Positions 1 through 10,278 of a stretch of DNA of 64,000 nt are shown here, one piece after another. Source of the DNA: an uncultured delta proteobacterium (GTDB taxonomy: Bacteria; Myxococcota; Kuafuiibacteriia; Kuafuiibacteriales; Kuafuiibacteriaceae). The position numbers and the translations under genes were made by a program. Location of the stretch: contig CAWDML010000001.1 in assembly GCA_963803435.1 (NCBI GenBank), forward strand, positions 544,001 through 608,000, written 5' to 3'. Each line of letters starts with the position of its first letter. Within the stretch, counting starts at the first letter, position 1. The notes under the pieces are model-generated. The model was not told the DNA's origin. It made no database searches and saw nothing but the letters and a program-made list of their open reading frames with translations.

Positions 1-399
1 CGGCGATGCTCCGCGGAAGATGACGGCAGACAACGGCTATCTGAGCGCGACCAACATCGAATTCTGCGACAACAATCAGATCGATGCCACATCGCTGTTG
101 GACGCGAACAGAACCAAGACGCGTCGACTCCGTCCTCATCAGCTTCGGAGCCCACACCTGCCTCGCTCGCTCGCAAGCGAATGCGAGACAAGTTGCAAAC
201 GCGCGACGGCAAGGCGGTCTACCCCCGCAGGAAGAGTATCGTCGAACCGGCGCTCGGACAGATCAAAGGGGCACGAGGATTCCGCCGGTTCTCGCTACGC
301 TCCTTCTTCAAGGTACGAGCCGAGGGGACGCTCGTCTGCCTCACCCACAACCTGCTCAAGCTCTACCGATCGAAGCTCGCGACCGTCGCGAGCGTCTGA
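1..399 (+). pseudogene. IS1182-family DDE transposase, C-terminal fragment with a 1-nt deletion near 88
   Basis: Frame 2 reads MTADNGYLSATNIEFCDNNQIDA. Adding one base at GCC-AC-ATC (86-93) continues as (Y/H)IAVGREQ...RKRMRDKLQT into ORF 181..399. Could be real decay or a sequencing indel. Confidence 0.7.
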
Positions 400-489
400 C
401 TCAAGGCAGCCATCTTCAAATCGGGACCCGGAACGGGCCCGGGACCCGGACCGGGGTCGCGTGAGCGCTTACGCGCTACACGCTCCTAG
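1..489 (+). mobile_element. 3' end of an IS1182-family-like insertion sequence, truncated by the window start; probable right end near 485 followed by CTAG
   Basis: Transposase C-terminal motifs (ADNGY; YxRRKxxVEPxxGQIKxxRGFRRFSLR; LxCLTHNLLKL). About 85 bp of non-coding DNA follows, ending ...CTACACGCTC-CTAG (CTAG at 486-489), which resembles IS1182-type termini as I recall them. Confidence 0.7.
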
Positions 490-565
490 GAGACCTGCTC
501 CAAGAGAAGCGTGACAAGATGGACGACTCTTTGGTGCTTCGGGCGACCGCTGGGGCTCACAGTTT

Positions 566-1090
566 TCAAGTGCGAGCCGACGCAATCAGTGCGCCCTCGA
601 CGTATCCGAGCTCGCCCGTCTCGGCGCGCGCGACCATCCAACCAACCGCCGCGTCAATCTCCGGATACGTCACCAGCCTCGCGCCCGCACGCAGCTCGGC
701 CACCACCGGAGCGCGCACGTCGGCGCGAAGCCGAAGCGTCGCGTCCTGGTCGAGTGTGATCATTCGACCAATCTCCCGTCCCGACCCCGCGTCGCGCAGC
801 GCTCGCCTCGCCTCCACCGCCAGCCGGACCGAGAAGTCCCAAGTGGCCGTCCACATGGAGGCCGCGGTCCGCGCGAGACGGCGGCTGCGGGCGGAGAGCG
901 TGCTCTGCGAATGATCGAGCTCGGCCAGCACCTCTTCCTCGGGGCGGACGCGCTCGGGGTGCGTCTGGATGAACTCGGTGGGCGGCGGTCGACCGACCTG
1001 ACGGATGCGCGCACCGGCCTCTTCCTGACGCGGCCCGAAGTCTTCTGTCTTCAGGTCGAGGAATTGGGTGGGGACCCGCTTCTCCGCCAT
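566..1090 (-). CDS. hypothetical protein with a C-terminal SH3b-like domain
   Basis: C-terminus ATLRLRADVRAPVVAELRAGARLV...GWMVARAETGELGYVEGALI follows the bacterial SH3 pattern (LR..P..A.VV..L..G....W......G..GYV). Confidence 0.6.
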   Translation of the reverse strand: MAEKRVPTQFLDLKTEDFGPRQEEAGARIRQVGRPPPTEFIQTHPERVRPEEEVLAELDHSQSTLSARSRRLARTAASMWTATWDFSVRLAVEARRALRDAGSGREIGRMITLDQDATLRLRADVRAPVVAELRAGARLVTYPEIDAAVGWMVARAETGELGYVEGALIASART

Positions 1091-1102
1091 GCTACCTCTT
1101 CC

Positions 1103-1936
1103 TTACCGCACCCGGGCGCTCACCAACCAGACCGACGCCGGGAGGAAGACGCCACGCTCGCCGACATAGGGCGAAAGCGCCCGGGAGAGCCCGTCCAGGA
1201 GCTCGCCGGCCTGCGGGGATGCGAGGCGGGCGAAGAGCTCCCGACCGTCGGTCTTGACGAAGAAGTCGACCGCGTCGTCCAGGTCGGCGCCGACACACAG
1301 CGGTGCGTCGATGGACTCCATCCGGACGCGCTCGAAGCCGGCGCGCTCCAGAATCGCCACGATCCGTCGTGGATCCGCCAGGACAAACGGCGCCGTCGGA
1401 TAGGGCGTGCGGCCGACGAGCCGATTCACCACGCGCACCGGGAGCGCCGCCCAGACGTTTCGCTCCAGCTCGCGAGGAGCGAGGAAGCTGAGGCGTCCTC
1501 CTGAGCGGAGCGCGCCGGCGAGGTGAGCATGCGCGGCGACCGGATCGGGGAAGAAGAGGTTGCCGAGACGGCTGATGACGGCGTCGGCGTGGCTCGCGGC
1601 GTACGCGTGGTGCCCGGCGTCGGCCGTCGTGAACTCCACATTGCGAAAACCTTCGGCGCGCGCGCGCGCCCTGGCGACGGTGATCGCGCTGGCGTCGATG
1701 TCGACGCCCATCACGCGTCCGGACGCGCCCACGATGGCCGCCGCCTCGAGCGTGCTGCCCCCGGCGCCACACCCGACGTCCACCACCATCGATCCCGCCC
1801 GGATCTCCGAGGCCTCGATCGCCAGCCGGCCCAGCCCGCCCAACATGCGATCGAAGCGAAACCACTCCTCGGCCACCGGTGTCCGTCTCGCGCTCTCTTC
1901 CCGCTCCAGCGTCGTCGTCTGCATGACCGCGACCAT
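1103..1936 (-). CDS. class I SAM-dependent methyltransferase (start may be 1924)
   Basis: VVDVGCGAGG motif I, then GVDID, TADA, DAVISRLG and LRSGGRL motifs. Confidence 0.9.
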   Translation of the reverse strand: MVAVMQTTTLEREESARRTPVAEEWFRFDRMLGGLGRLAIEASEIRAGSMVVDVGCGAGGSTLEAAAIVGASGRVMGVDIDASAITVARARARAEGFRNVEFTTADAGHHAYAASHADAVISRLGNLFFPDPVAAHAHLAGALRSGGRLSFLAPRELERNVWAALPVRVVNRLVGRTPYPTAPFVLADPRRIVAILERAGFERVRMESIDAPLCVGADLDDAVDFFVKTDGRELFARLASPQAGELLDGLSRALSPYVGERGVFLPASVWLVSARVR

Positions 1937-2007
1937 AACGACCGCCCGTCACGCGTCAGTCAGGCGTCCGTGAAGAAGTGTGAAGCGGGGCATGCTAGGT
2001 TCCTCGC

Positions 2008-2853
2008 ATGAGCGATCTTCGCGGGAAGGTAGCCCTCGTCACCGGCGCCAACACCGGGATCGGCCGAGAGACGGCACGTGCACTGGCAAGGATGGGCATC
2101 GAGGTGATCCTCGCCTGCCGCGATCGAGCCAAGACGGAGCCGGTCCTCGAGGCGATCAGACGTGAGATCCCGGACGCCAAGGTCGAGTTCATCGAGCTCC
2201 ACCTCGACGCGCTGGCCTCGGTCCGTCAGGCCGCCCAGGCCTTCCTCGCTTCCGGGCGATCCCTCCACATCCTCATCAACAACGCGGGGCTCGCCGGCAA
2301 GCGCGGCCGCACCGAGGACGGCTTCGAGCTGGCCTTCGGCGTCAACCACCTGGGGCACTTTCTCCTCACGGAGCTGCTGCTCGATCGGATCAGGGCGTCG
2401 GCGCCCGCGCGCATCGTCAATGTCGCCAGTGCCTCTCACTATAGCGCCAAGGCGATCGACTTCGACGCGGTGCGAGCGTACACGCGTTCGCGCACCGGGC
2501 TCGACGAGTACGGCGTCTCGAAGCTCGCCAACGTGCTCTTCACCAAGGAGCTGGCACGACGCCTCGAGGGTACCGGCGTGACCGTATATTCGCTCCACCC
2601 GGGCGTGGTCGCGTCCGACGCCTGGCGTCAGGTTCCCTGGCCGATCCGCCCGTTGATCAAGGCGTTCATGATCGACGAGGAGAAGGGCGCGAGGACCACG
2701 ATCCACTGCGCGACCTCGGACGCGGTGAAGAACGAGAGCGGTCGCTACTACGACGGCTGCAAGGAGCGGCGGCCCAGCCGCCTCTCCCAGGACGAGGCGC
2801 TGGCCGCACGCCTGTGGGAACAGAGCGAGACCTGGGTTCGAGCTCAGAAGTAG
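2008..2853 (+). CDS. short-chain dehydrogenase/reductase (retinol dehydrogenase-like)
   Basis: TGANTGIG, LINNAG, VNHLGHF, YGVSK (YxxxK) and LHPGVV motifs. Confidence 0.95.
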   Translation: MSDLRGKVALVTGANTGIGRETARALARMGIEVILACRDRAKTEPVLEAIRREIPDAKVEFIELHLDALASVRQAAQAFLASGRSLHILINNAGLAGKRGRTEDGFELAFGVNHLGHFLLTELLLDRIRASAPARIVNVASASHYSAKAIDFDAVRAYTRSRTGLDEYGVSKLANVLFTKELARRLEGTGVTVYSLHPGVVASDAWRQVPWPIRPLIKAFMIDEEKGARTTIHCATSDAVKNESGRYYDGCKERRPSRLSQDEALAARLWEQSETWVRAQK

Positions 2854-5802
2854 AATCCAACCCAGCGAGACGTTGGTGACCGGCGCGTCGTCCGTCGGCT
2901 TCGGCACGCCGATGCCGATCGGCCAGGCAAAGTGGATCCGAAGGACCAGCGGCCCGATGAGAATGTTGAGCCCGACCGCGACGTCGAGAACGCGTCGATC
3001 CCAGAGCTCGGCGGGACGTTCGGCGACGCCGCCGAAGTCGAGCCCGACGATCCCCTCGAGGCCGAAGATCGCAGTCCGCAAGATCGGATCGAGCGGCACC
3101 TGGAGCTCGCTGGTGACGAACCAGTAGTAACGCCCGAGCAGATAGTCGGTGTTGTCGAGGTCGACGCCCCGGAGGGTGTACCAGCTCCAGAGGAAGAACT
3201 CGCGGGCGTCTTTGCCGCCGACGGACGCGCCGGCGCTCCCGCGGAGCATCACGTTCATCGCGCCCCACAGCGGGAAGAACTGCTCCGCGTCGAGCCGAAA
3301 CACCGACTCGACGTGGCTGTCGAACGGGCGTGCGGTGAGAGTGGCGTCCAGGATCGCAGAGTTTCCGGCGATCGGCCCGGTCGACGGGTGGTAGCGGACG
3401 GTGTCGTAGCCGATCCGACCCGTCAGCTCGGTCTGGAACTGCACGCGGTCCTTCACCGGCTCGAGCCCGATCAGATCGGCATCGATGCCCTGCGCGCCGC
3501 CGACCGAGAGTCCGGCCTGAAGGAAGAGGAAGCGGCTGATCGGATAGCGCAGGATGCCCTGCGCCCCGAAGAAGCGCTCCGCGAAGGAGGTGACCTCGCC
3601 TGCGCGACGCGTCGAGCGAATGCGCAGCTCCTGGAAGATCCCGGTTCCCCACTCGGTGCGGTTCTCCTGGTTGAAGTAGAAGAGCTGGCCGTCGATCAGA
3701 TCGATGCGACCGGTGATCTGGATGTTGGCGACGAGGACGTGATCGCGCAGGAAGTCGGTGGCCGAGGCGAAGAGCAGGCCGTAGACACCGCCCGCACCGG
3801 CGCCGAGCAGCCCGAAGATGTTGCCGAGCTCCCAGCTGGAGAGGGCCAGCGGATCGTAGCGCTCCGCCTGCGTCAGCGAGACCGTGGCGCTGGCGGCGGC
3901 CGGCAGCATCGGATCGAGCGCCCGTCTCTCCACGGTGAGCAGGTCGCCGGCGGTCAGATGCACCGGGCGCCGGCGACCGGCGTGGTGCAGCATCGCCCAG
4001 ACGCCGCCGTCCTTTCCCGGCCCCACCTCGAACAGACCGGTGACCACGTCGGTGACGCGAACCGTGTAGCCGCGCTCGACCTGGTAGAGGTTCGCGGCGC
4101 CGTTCTGGTAGGCGGTGAAGAGCACGCGCCCGTCCGGGAGCGCCTCGGGGAGCTCCTCGTCGATCGGCTCGGAGGTGAGGCGGGTGACGGTCGCGGTGCG
4201 AATGTCGTGGATGCGGAAGAGGTTGAACCGACCGTGTGAGGTAGCGTCGCTGTTGTAGACGATGCCATCCCGGTTCCACGAGACGGTGCGCTCGGCGTAG
4301 TCGTCGTTGGTCAGGCGCACCACCTCCTCCGACGACAAATCGAGGACGAACACGTCGCGCCGACCGGCGGTGTCGAGCCCGACGAACGCGACGCTCCCGC
4401 CGTCGGGAGCGAGCGCGGTGGAGAACACCGCCAGGATGCCGTAGCGATCGAGCGCGAAGCTGCGGTCGTACCCGGCTGCCAGCGAGATCCGCCAGGCGTC
4501 CCGCTTGCCGAGGAGCACGAGCTTCTCGGCCTGGTGGTCGATCCTCTGCACGTGGATCTCGTCTGCGCCGTCCTTCTCGGCCACGTACACCAGCTGATCG
4601 TTCGAGAGCGTGAAGTCCCGCCCGGAGGTGGGATGGAGCGACTCGATCCCGGGGACGCCGTCCGCCGCCACCGTCACAGTGTCGTCGGGCGCGCGCTCGT
4701 CGAGGAGCAGCAGACGGCTCTGGCCGGTCTCGACCGTGTAGGTGCGGATCATGAGCAGCCGCCCGTTCGGCGAGCTGGCCATCGAGAGCGTCAGCAGGTC
4801 GGGGTCGAGCGCCACCGGATCGAACGCGGCCAGCCCCTGATCGGCGGCGAGGAACGCGCGATAGGCGCGGCGCTTGATCCACTCGGCGAACCCGGCGGCG
4901 AGCTCGGTGGCGCTGGCGCCGGTCACCTCGGTCACCAGCTCCGCGAACGAGTCGAGGCGAGGTGTCAGATCGGTGCCGGTGACCAACCGCGCGCCTGCTT
5001 CGATGATCCGCTGCACCGTCCCCTCACCGTAGACGTCGTCGAGGAACGCGCACCGCACCTGGCCGAGCTTGTAGGTCCACAGCCCCGAGAACGGGCGGTC
5101 GGCGAAGAAGTCCAGCATCGCGTACCCGATCTCGGGATCCGGGTTCACGGCCAGGTCGCGCGCGAGCATCTCCGCCTCCTGATCGATCCCGCGCTTCGCG
5201 TAGTACTCGGCGAGGCCCTCGACGAACCAGAGCGGCATCTGACGCAGCGGATCACCGCGCACGTCGAGCTCCCGCGCCATCGACCTCACCTTGTCGATCG
5301 TGAACTGGTGGGCCATCTCGTGGGCGGAGACCTCACCGAACAGACGATCATCGCCGAAGTACGGCAAGGTCAGCTTGAGATCCTCGGTGCTGGTGATGCC
5401 GAGGACGCCCTCCTGCACGGGGAACAGGTTCGTGGTCAGGAACTCGCGGTAGCTGCTGTAGAGGACGTAGGGGAGCTCGTGATCGGGCAGGTGGCTGAAG
5501 CGGCAGGCCAGCTCCCGGTAGACCGTGCTGATCTGGGGCGCCGCCCGCTCGGCGACGCTCCGCTCGCCCTCGTAGAAGTAGAGCCGGACGCCCGGCGACT
5601 CGCCCTTGGGACAGGCTTCGTCGATCCGCATCCGTGCGACGTCGTGCTGGATCCGACCTACCGCCAGATCGAGGTGCTGCCAGTCGAAGACGGTGTGGCG
5701 GACCCGGCTCTGACCCGCCCGCCGCGGCGCCACCACCAGCTGCCCGGACGCAGTGATCGGCCAGAGCGACAGCGCGAGCACGACGACGGCCTCGACCTTC
5801 AT
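2844..5802 (-). CDS. outer-membrane protein: gluzincin-type peptidase + TolB/PD40 beta-propeller + Omp85/BamA-like barrel (about 985 aa after removing a 1-nt insertion near 2855)
   Basis: Signal peptide MKVEAVVVLALSLWPITASG; HEMAH and WFVEGLAEY; propeller repeats (LAPDGGSVAFV, VVRLTND); Omp85-like TLRG loop. Removing one base gives a C-terminal SLGWIYF-stop; as given, the ORF runs on antisense to the SDR gene. Confidence 0.75.
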
Positions 5803-5816
5803 CCGGGTGCTCGAGC

Positions 5817-7232
5817 CTAACGCAGCTTGAGCCCCAGGAGCACGGCGATCAGCCCGTAGCCGAGCGAGGCCGGGATCGCGAGAAGCCAAGCGAGCGGCAC
5901 GTCGCGCAGCAGGTAGAGGAAGACGATCGCGAGCGCGCAGGCGAAGGTGGCGCGCAGCCACAGCGAGAAGGAGAGACGGACCTCGTGCCGGTGGGTCGCG
6001 CGGAGGGCCAACAGCAGGGCGACGCAGTAACAGGCGTGCCCCGCGGCGCCGGCCGCCACCACGCCGAACAACCCCCACCGCTCACCGAGGGGATAGAGGG
6101 CAGCGGCGAGCAACGCGAGCGTGACGATCTGCGCGACCATGATCGCCCTGCTCTTCCCTTCGGCGACGGTGTACTGGAGCAGCGTGGTCTCCACGGCGCC
6201 CGCAGGCAGCGCCAGCGTCGACAAGAGGAGAACGGACGGCACCTCGGGATACTTGTGCGCCAGGCCGAACAGCTCGAGGATCATCGGAGAGGCGCCGGCG
6301 GAGGCGATCCCGAGGAGTGGGAACAGGAGGAGCGCCAGGCTGAGCGCGCGCTCGTAGACGCGGCTCCGCTCCTCGCCGGCACGCACCAGCCCGGGGAGCG
6401 CGGCCTGCCCGAACAGCTCGGATGGCTTCACGGCCAGCTTCTGGATCTGCTCGCCCATGGAGAGCGCCGCCAACCCGGGCGAGCCCAGCACCACGCGGGT
6501 GAAGCTGCCGACGACGCTGTCGCGGACCGTGTAGACCTCGCCCGCGATCCAGAGCGGCCACCCGAACGCGGCGATCCGGCGCAGGAAGTCGCGGTCGACC
6601 ACCGCCCGGACGGCACCGAGGATCGGAACCTCGAGCACGCGCGCCAGGAACCAGAAGCAGAAGAGCGCGGTGACCGCCAGCCCCAGAAAGTCGCCGAAGA
6701 TCAGCGCCGCGTCGGCGTCGCTCAGCGTGATGAAGGCGAGCTGAGACAACGACTTCGACAGCGAGGCGACCACGATCAGCCGAGCCTCGTACTTTCCGTC
6801 GAAGCGACTCCGCACGACCGAGCGCGTCCAGTTGAAGAAGGAGATCAGCGGGATCGCCAGCGCCGCCAGGGCCAGCCTGTTTCCGGCGAACCAGGCGACC
6901 ACCGGGGCGACGAGCGCCGCGAGGAGGATCAGCGCGAAGAGACCGCGGTAGGCGAGCGCGGCGAAGCGGAGCCGATCCTCGCCCTCCGCGCCGAAGCGCT
7001 GGATCGTCTGGTTCGCGCCCGAGGTCGCGATGGTCATCCCGATCGAGTAGATGAGAACGTACGTCGCATAGTCCCCGAACGCCTCGCGAGAGCGCTCGCG
7101 CGCACCGAGCATGCCGACCAGGAATGTGAAGAGGGCGACAGCTGCGTTCGCGCCCAGCAGGTAGCCCAAGTACTGCAGGATCCGCCGGAGCACCCGCTCA
7201 CGCTTGTACCAACCGCACGCTCGCTTGCCCAT
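5817..7232 (-). CDS. Wzx/MOP-superfamily oligosaccharide flippase (likely start GTG 7193)
   Basis: About 450 aa with 12 or more hydrophobic segments; EAFGDYA and FGWPLWI segments and a C-terminal WGLFGVVAA typical of polysaccharide-biosynthesis transporters. Confidence 0.75.
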   Translation of the reverse strand: MGKRACGWYKRERVLRRILQYLGYLLGANAAVALFTFLVGMLGARERSREAFGDYATYVLIYSIGMTIATSGANQTIQRFGAEGEDRLRFAALAYRGLFALILLAALVAPVVAWFAGNRLALAALAIPLISFFNWTRSVVRSRFDGKYEARLIVVASLSKSLSQLAFITLSDADAALIFGDFLGLAVTALFCFWFLARVLEVPILGAVRAVVDRDFLRRIAAFGWPLWIAGEVYTVRDSVVGSFTRVVLGSPGLAALSMGEQIQKLAVKPSELFGQAALPGLVRAGEERSRVYERALSLALLLFPLLGIASAGASPMILELFGLAHKYPEVPSVLLLSTLALPAGAVETTLLQYTVAEGKSRAIMVAQIVTLALLAAALYPLGERWGLFGVVAAGAAGHACYCVALLLALRATHRHEVRLSFSLWLRATFACALAIVFLYLLRDVPLAWLLAIPASLGYGLIAVLLGLKLR

Positions 7233-7264
7233 CGGCCCGCTCTGACGTGTCCCCGTTGGCGACC

Positions 7265-10253
7265 ATGGGAATCAAAGCGCTGGGACTGATCGTCCTCCTC
7301 CCGCTCGCGGCCTGCGACTGCGACGGCGGTGGCCTCCACCAGAAGAAGGCCGACATCGCGGTCAGCCCCAACCCGCTGGTCTTCGACACCGTACCGCGGC
7401 AGACCACCGCATCCCGGGAAGTGATCGTGTCGAATCCGGGCGACGATCGCCTCGACGTCACCGCCTTGGTGCTGGAGGCCGGCGGGAGCGCCGGGTTCGC
7501 GCTGCCCGACACCGCCAGCTTCGCGGTGGAGCCGGGGGCCACGCACGCGGTCGAGGTCCGGTTCACCGCCGGCGATCTCGAGGACGCCCAGGGCACGCTG
7601 CTCCTTCAGTCGAACGCGGACGGCCAGGCCGAGACACGCGTGACGCTGGAGGCGACGCGACGGCAGGGACCCGTGCTGGTGATCTGCGTCGAGAGCGCCG
7701 ACGTTCCGCTCGCGCTCGACTGCGGCTCGCCGAGCGCGATCGACTTCGGACGCGTCCGCCTCGACGAGGAGCGCAAGGCCGTGGTCACGCTCAGGAGCGA
7801 GGGCACTGATCCGGTGAGCATCTCGGCGGTCTCGCTGGCGGGCCACCCCTCGTTCGCGATCGACGCGCCGGTGGTCCCGGCCACCCTCGCGGTCGGCGAC
7901 CGCCTCGAGATCGGCGTGCGCTTCACCGCGTCGGTCCAGGAAGCCGTCGCCGGCACGCTCTCGATCGCCTCGAACGACACGGTGACGCCGAATCCGCAGG
8001 TCGCCCTACAAGGTCAGGGTGCCGAGATCGGGCTGTGCATCGAGCCGGAGATCCTGCGCTTCGGGAGCGTGCGGGCGGGCGCGTCGAGCGAGCGGTCGGT
8101 GCGTCTCACCAACTGCGGGAGCGCCGCGTTCGACCTCACCGGCGCCGAGGTCTATCTCGACGCCGAGGAGTTCGCGCTGGTGGGCGGGATCGCCAGCCCG
8201 ATCACGCTCACGCCGCAGTCGGGGCTCAACTTCGAGCTGACGCTCCGGTACACGCCGCTCGACGAGGGCGACGACGAGGGCCGTCTCCGCATCACCACCT
8301 CGAACGGAACGGCGCTCGTCGCTCTCACCGGCGACAGCCGTCCCTGCAGCATCGCGGTCACGCCGGCGGCGCTCAGCTTCCAGTACGATCCCGCGCGCCC
8401 GCCCGAGACGAAGAACGTGCTCGTCGAGAACGCGGGGACGTCGAGCTGCACCGTGGAATCCATCGAGATCACGGAGGGCGCCGACGGGGGGTTCCAGCTC
8501 GCCGGCGACATCCCCGATCCTCTCGGCGGTGGGACGCTCCCCGTCCTGCCGGCGGTGCTCGAGAGCGGCGAGTCGATCACGGTGCCGGTCGGCTTCTGGC
8601 CGCGCACGATCGTGAGCTCCACCGTCTCGGGGACGCTCGAGATCGCCGTGGCCGAGCTCCCGACCGCCCGCACCGTCGACCTCCTCGCCACCCTCGACTT
8701 CGTCAGCGTCTGCGATTCTGACGGCCAACCCGACCACGCTCTCGTACGGCTTGCTCGCCGTGGGCGCGCGACGGATCCTGGGCGTTCAGCTCACCAGCGA
8801 CGGCCTGGGCGCCTGCCGCCTGGGCTCGATCGCGCTCGGGGACGACGACGGCGGCACCTTCACCCTCGAGGCTTCTCCGCCCACCGTCGTCAGCGGTGAG
8901 GCGGTCGTCTTCGTCGAGTTCGCGCCCGGCACTCCCGGCGTGCACACGGGCAGCCTGAGGATCGTCACCGACTCGACACCTCCGCAGACGATCGACGTCG
9001 CGCTGGTGGGCGGCGCGGGCAGCTCCAGCCTCTGCGTGGACCCTCGCGAGCTTCCGTTCGGAGAGCGGAGCACACCCGGGACGATGGACTTCAACGTGTC
9101 GGCCTGCGGCAGTGATCCCGTCATGATCGAAGCGCTCGACTGGACCGATCCCGACCCCGAGATGTCGCTGGTGTCGCCGCCGGCGCTCCCGATCACGCTG
9201 GCGGTCGGCGAGACCCGCGCGCTCACGGTCCGCTACGATCCTCAGGATCAGACGGGCGACACCGCGGTGCTGACGGTGCGATCGACCGACCTCCTCGAGC
9301 CGAACGTCCCGGTGCGCGCGACCGGCGGCCCCGAGATCGTCCCCCCCGCGGCGGGTCGCTTCCTCTTTTACTGGCAGATCTTCGAAGGAAGCCAGGGCGA
9401 CATCATGCGCCAGCCTCTGCAGGGCGACCTGACGAGCGCCAGCTTCTGGGGTGACCGGAGCGGGCACGGTTGCGCGGGGTGCCACCAGCTGGCACCCGAC
9501 GGCAAGTACCTGGCGGTCACCTCGCTCGGCTCCTCCCGCGGGATCAGCGTCGTCGACGTGGCGGCGAACGCGATCGCCACCGCGCCCGGGAGCTACGTCG
9601 AGGGCCTCTACATGTCGTGGAACCCGGACGTTCACACGAACCCGCCATATCAATACGTCTACTCGGACAACGGCGATCTGCAGCTGGCCTCGCTCTACAC
9701 CGGCTATCTGGGACCGCTGGCCGGCGCCTCGGATCCTGCGATCTACGAGACGATGCCCAGCTGGGGGCCGGACGGCCGGATCGCGTTCGTCCGCAGCGCC
9801 GCGGGCGGGGGGATCGGCCTCACCGGTCCCGCCGACCTCTACCTGGTCGACGAAGCCGGGGGCGTCGCGACGCCGATCGCAGGCGCCAGTCTGGACGGGA
9901 GCGCGAGCTACTATCCGCGCTTCTCGCCGAACGGCCTCTGGATCGCCTTCACGAGGAGCGCCTCCGCACAGGGCACGATCACCGCGCTGGACGCAGAGAT
10001 CCGTCTGGTCGAGGCGGACAACTCCGGCCAGGTGAAGACGCTGCCGCTCCTCAACGGCGGGGCGTCGTCCTATCCCACGTGGAGTGTGAACGGAGAGTTC
10101 CTGAGCTTCAGCAGCAATCGCGCGGGCGGGCTGGGGAGCTGGGACATCTATCTTGCGCCGATCGATCCGGTGACAGGCTCGGAAGGCCTGGCTACGAATC
10201 TCACCCCTGCGAATACGCCCTGGTTCGAGCACTCCGCGCAGTGGAGCCCGTGA
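7265..10253 (+). CDS. large lipoprotein with repeated choice-of-anchor-D/ASH-like Ig domains and a C-terminal TolB/PD40 propeller (about 995 aa; split by a 1-nt insertion near 8716)
   Basis: Lipobox LAAC; repeated P..L.FG.V.....V.L.N.G...L...F.P...G.L.I units; PSWGPDG, PRFSPNG and PTWSVNG repeats. ORFs 7247..8899 and 8751..10253 join as VC-DLTANPTTLSYGLLAVG after one base is removed. Confidence 0.75.
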
Positions 10254-10278
10254 CACCGTTCGTGTCATTCTTCCAGGC

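Noticed and set aside
421-456. Short GGGACCCGGA repeats near the IS end
   Set aside because: Only two copies in GC-rich sequence with no spacers; not a CRISPR or iteron array.
1960-6078. 1372-aa ORF read as one giant protein overlapping the SDR gene antisense
   Set aside because: The N-terminal extension is an off-frame read of the flippase. The C-terminal ~295 aa are read-through caused by a probable 1-nt insertion; the barrel ends naturally at Y-F-stop (2844).
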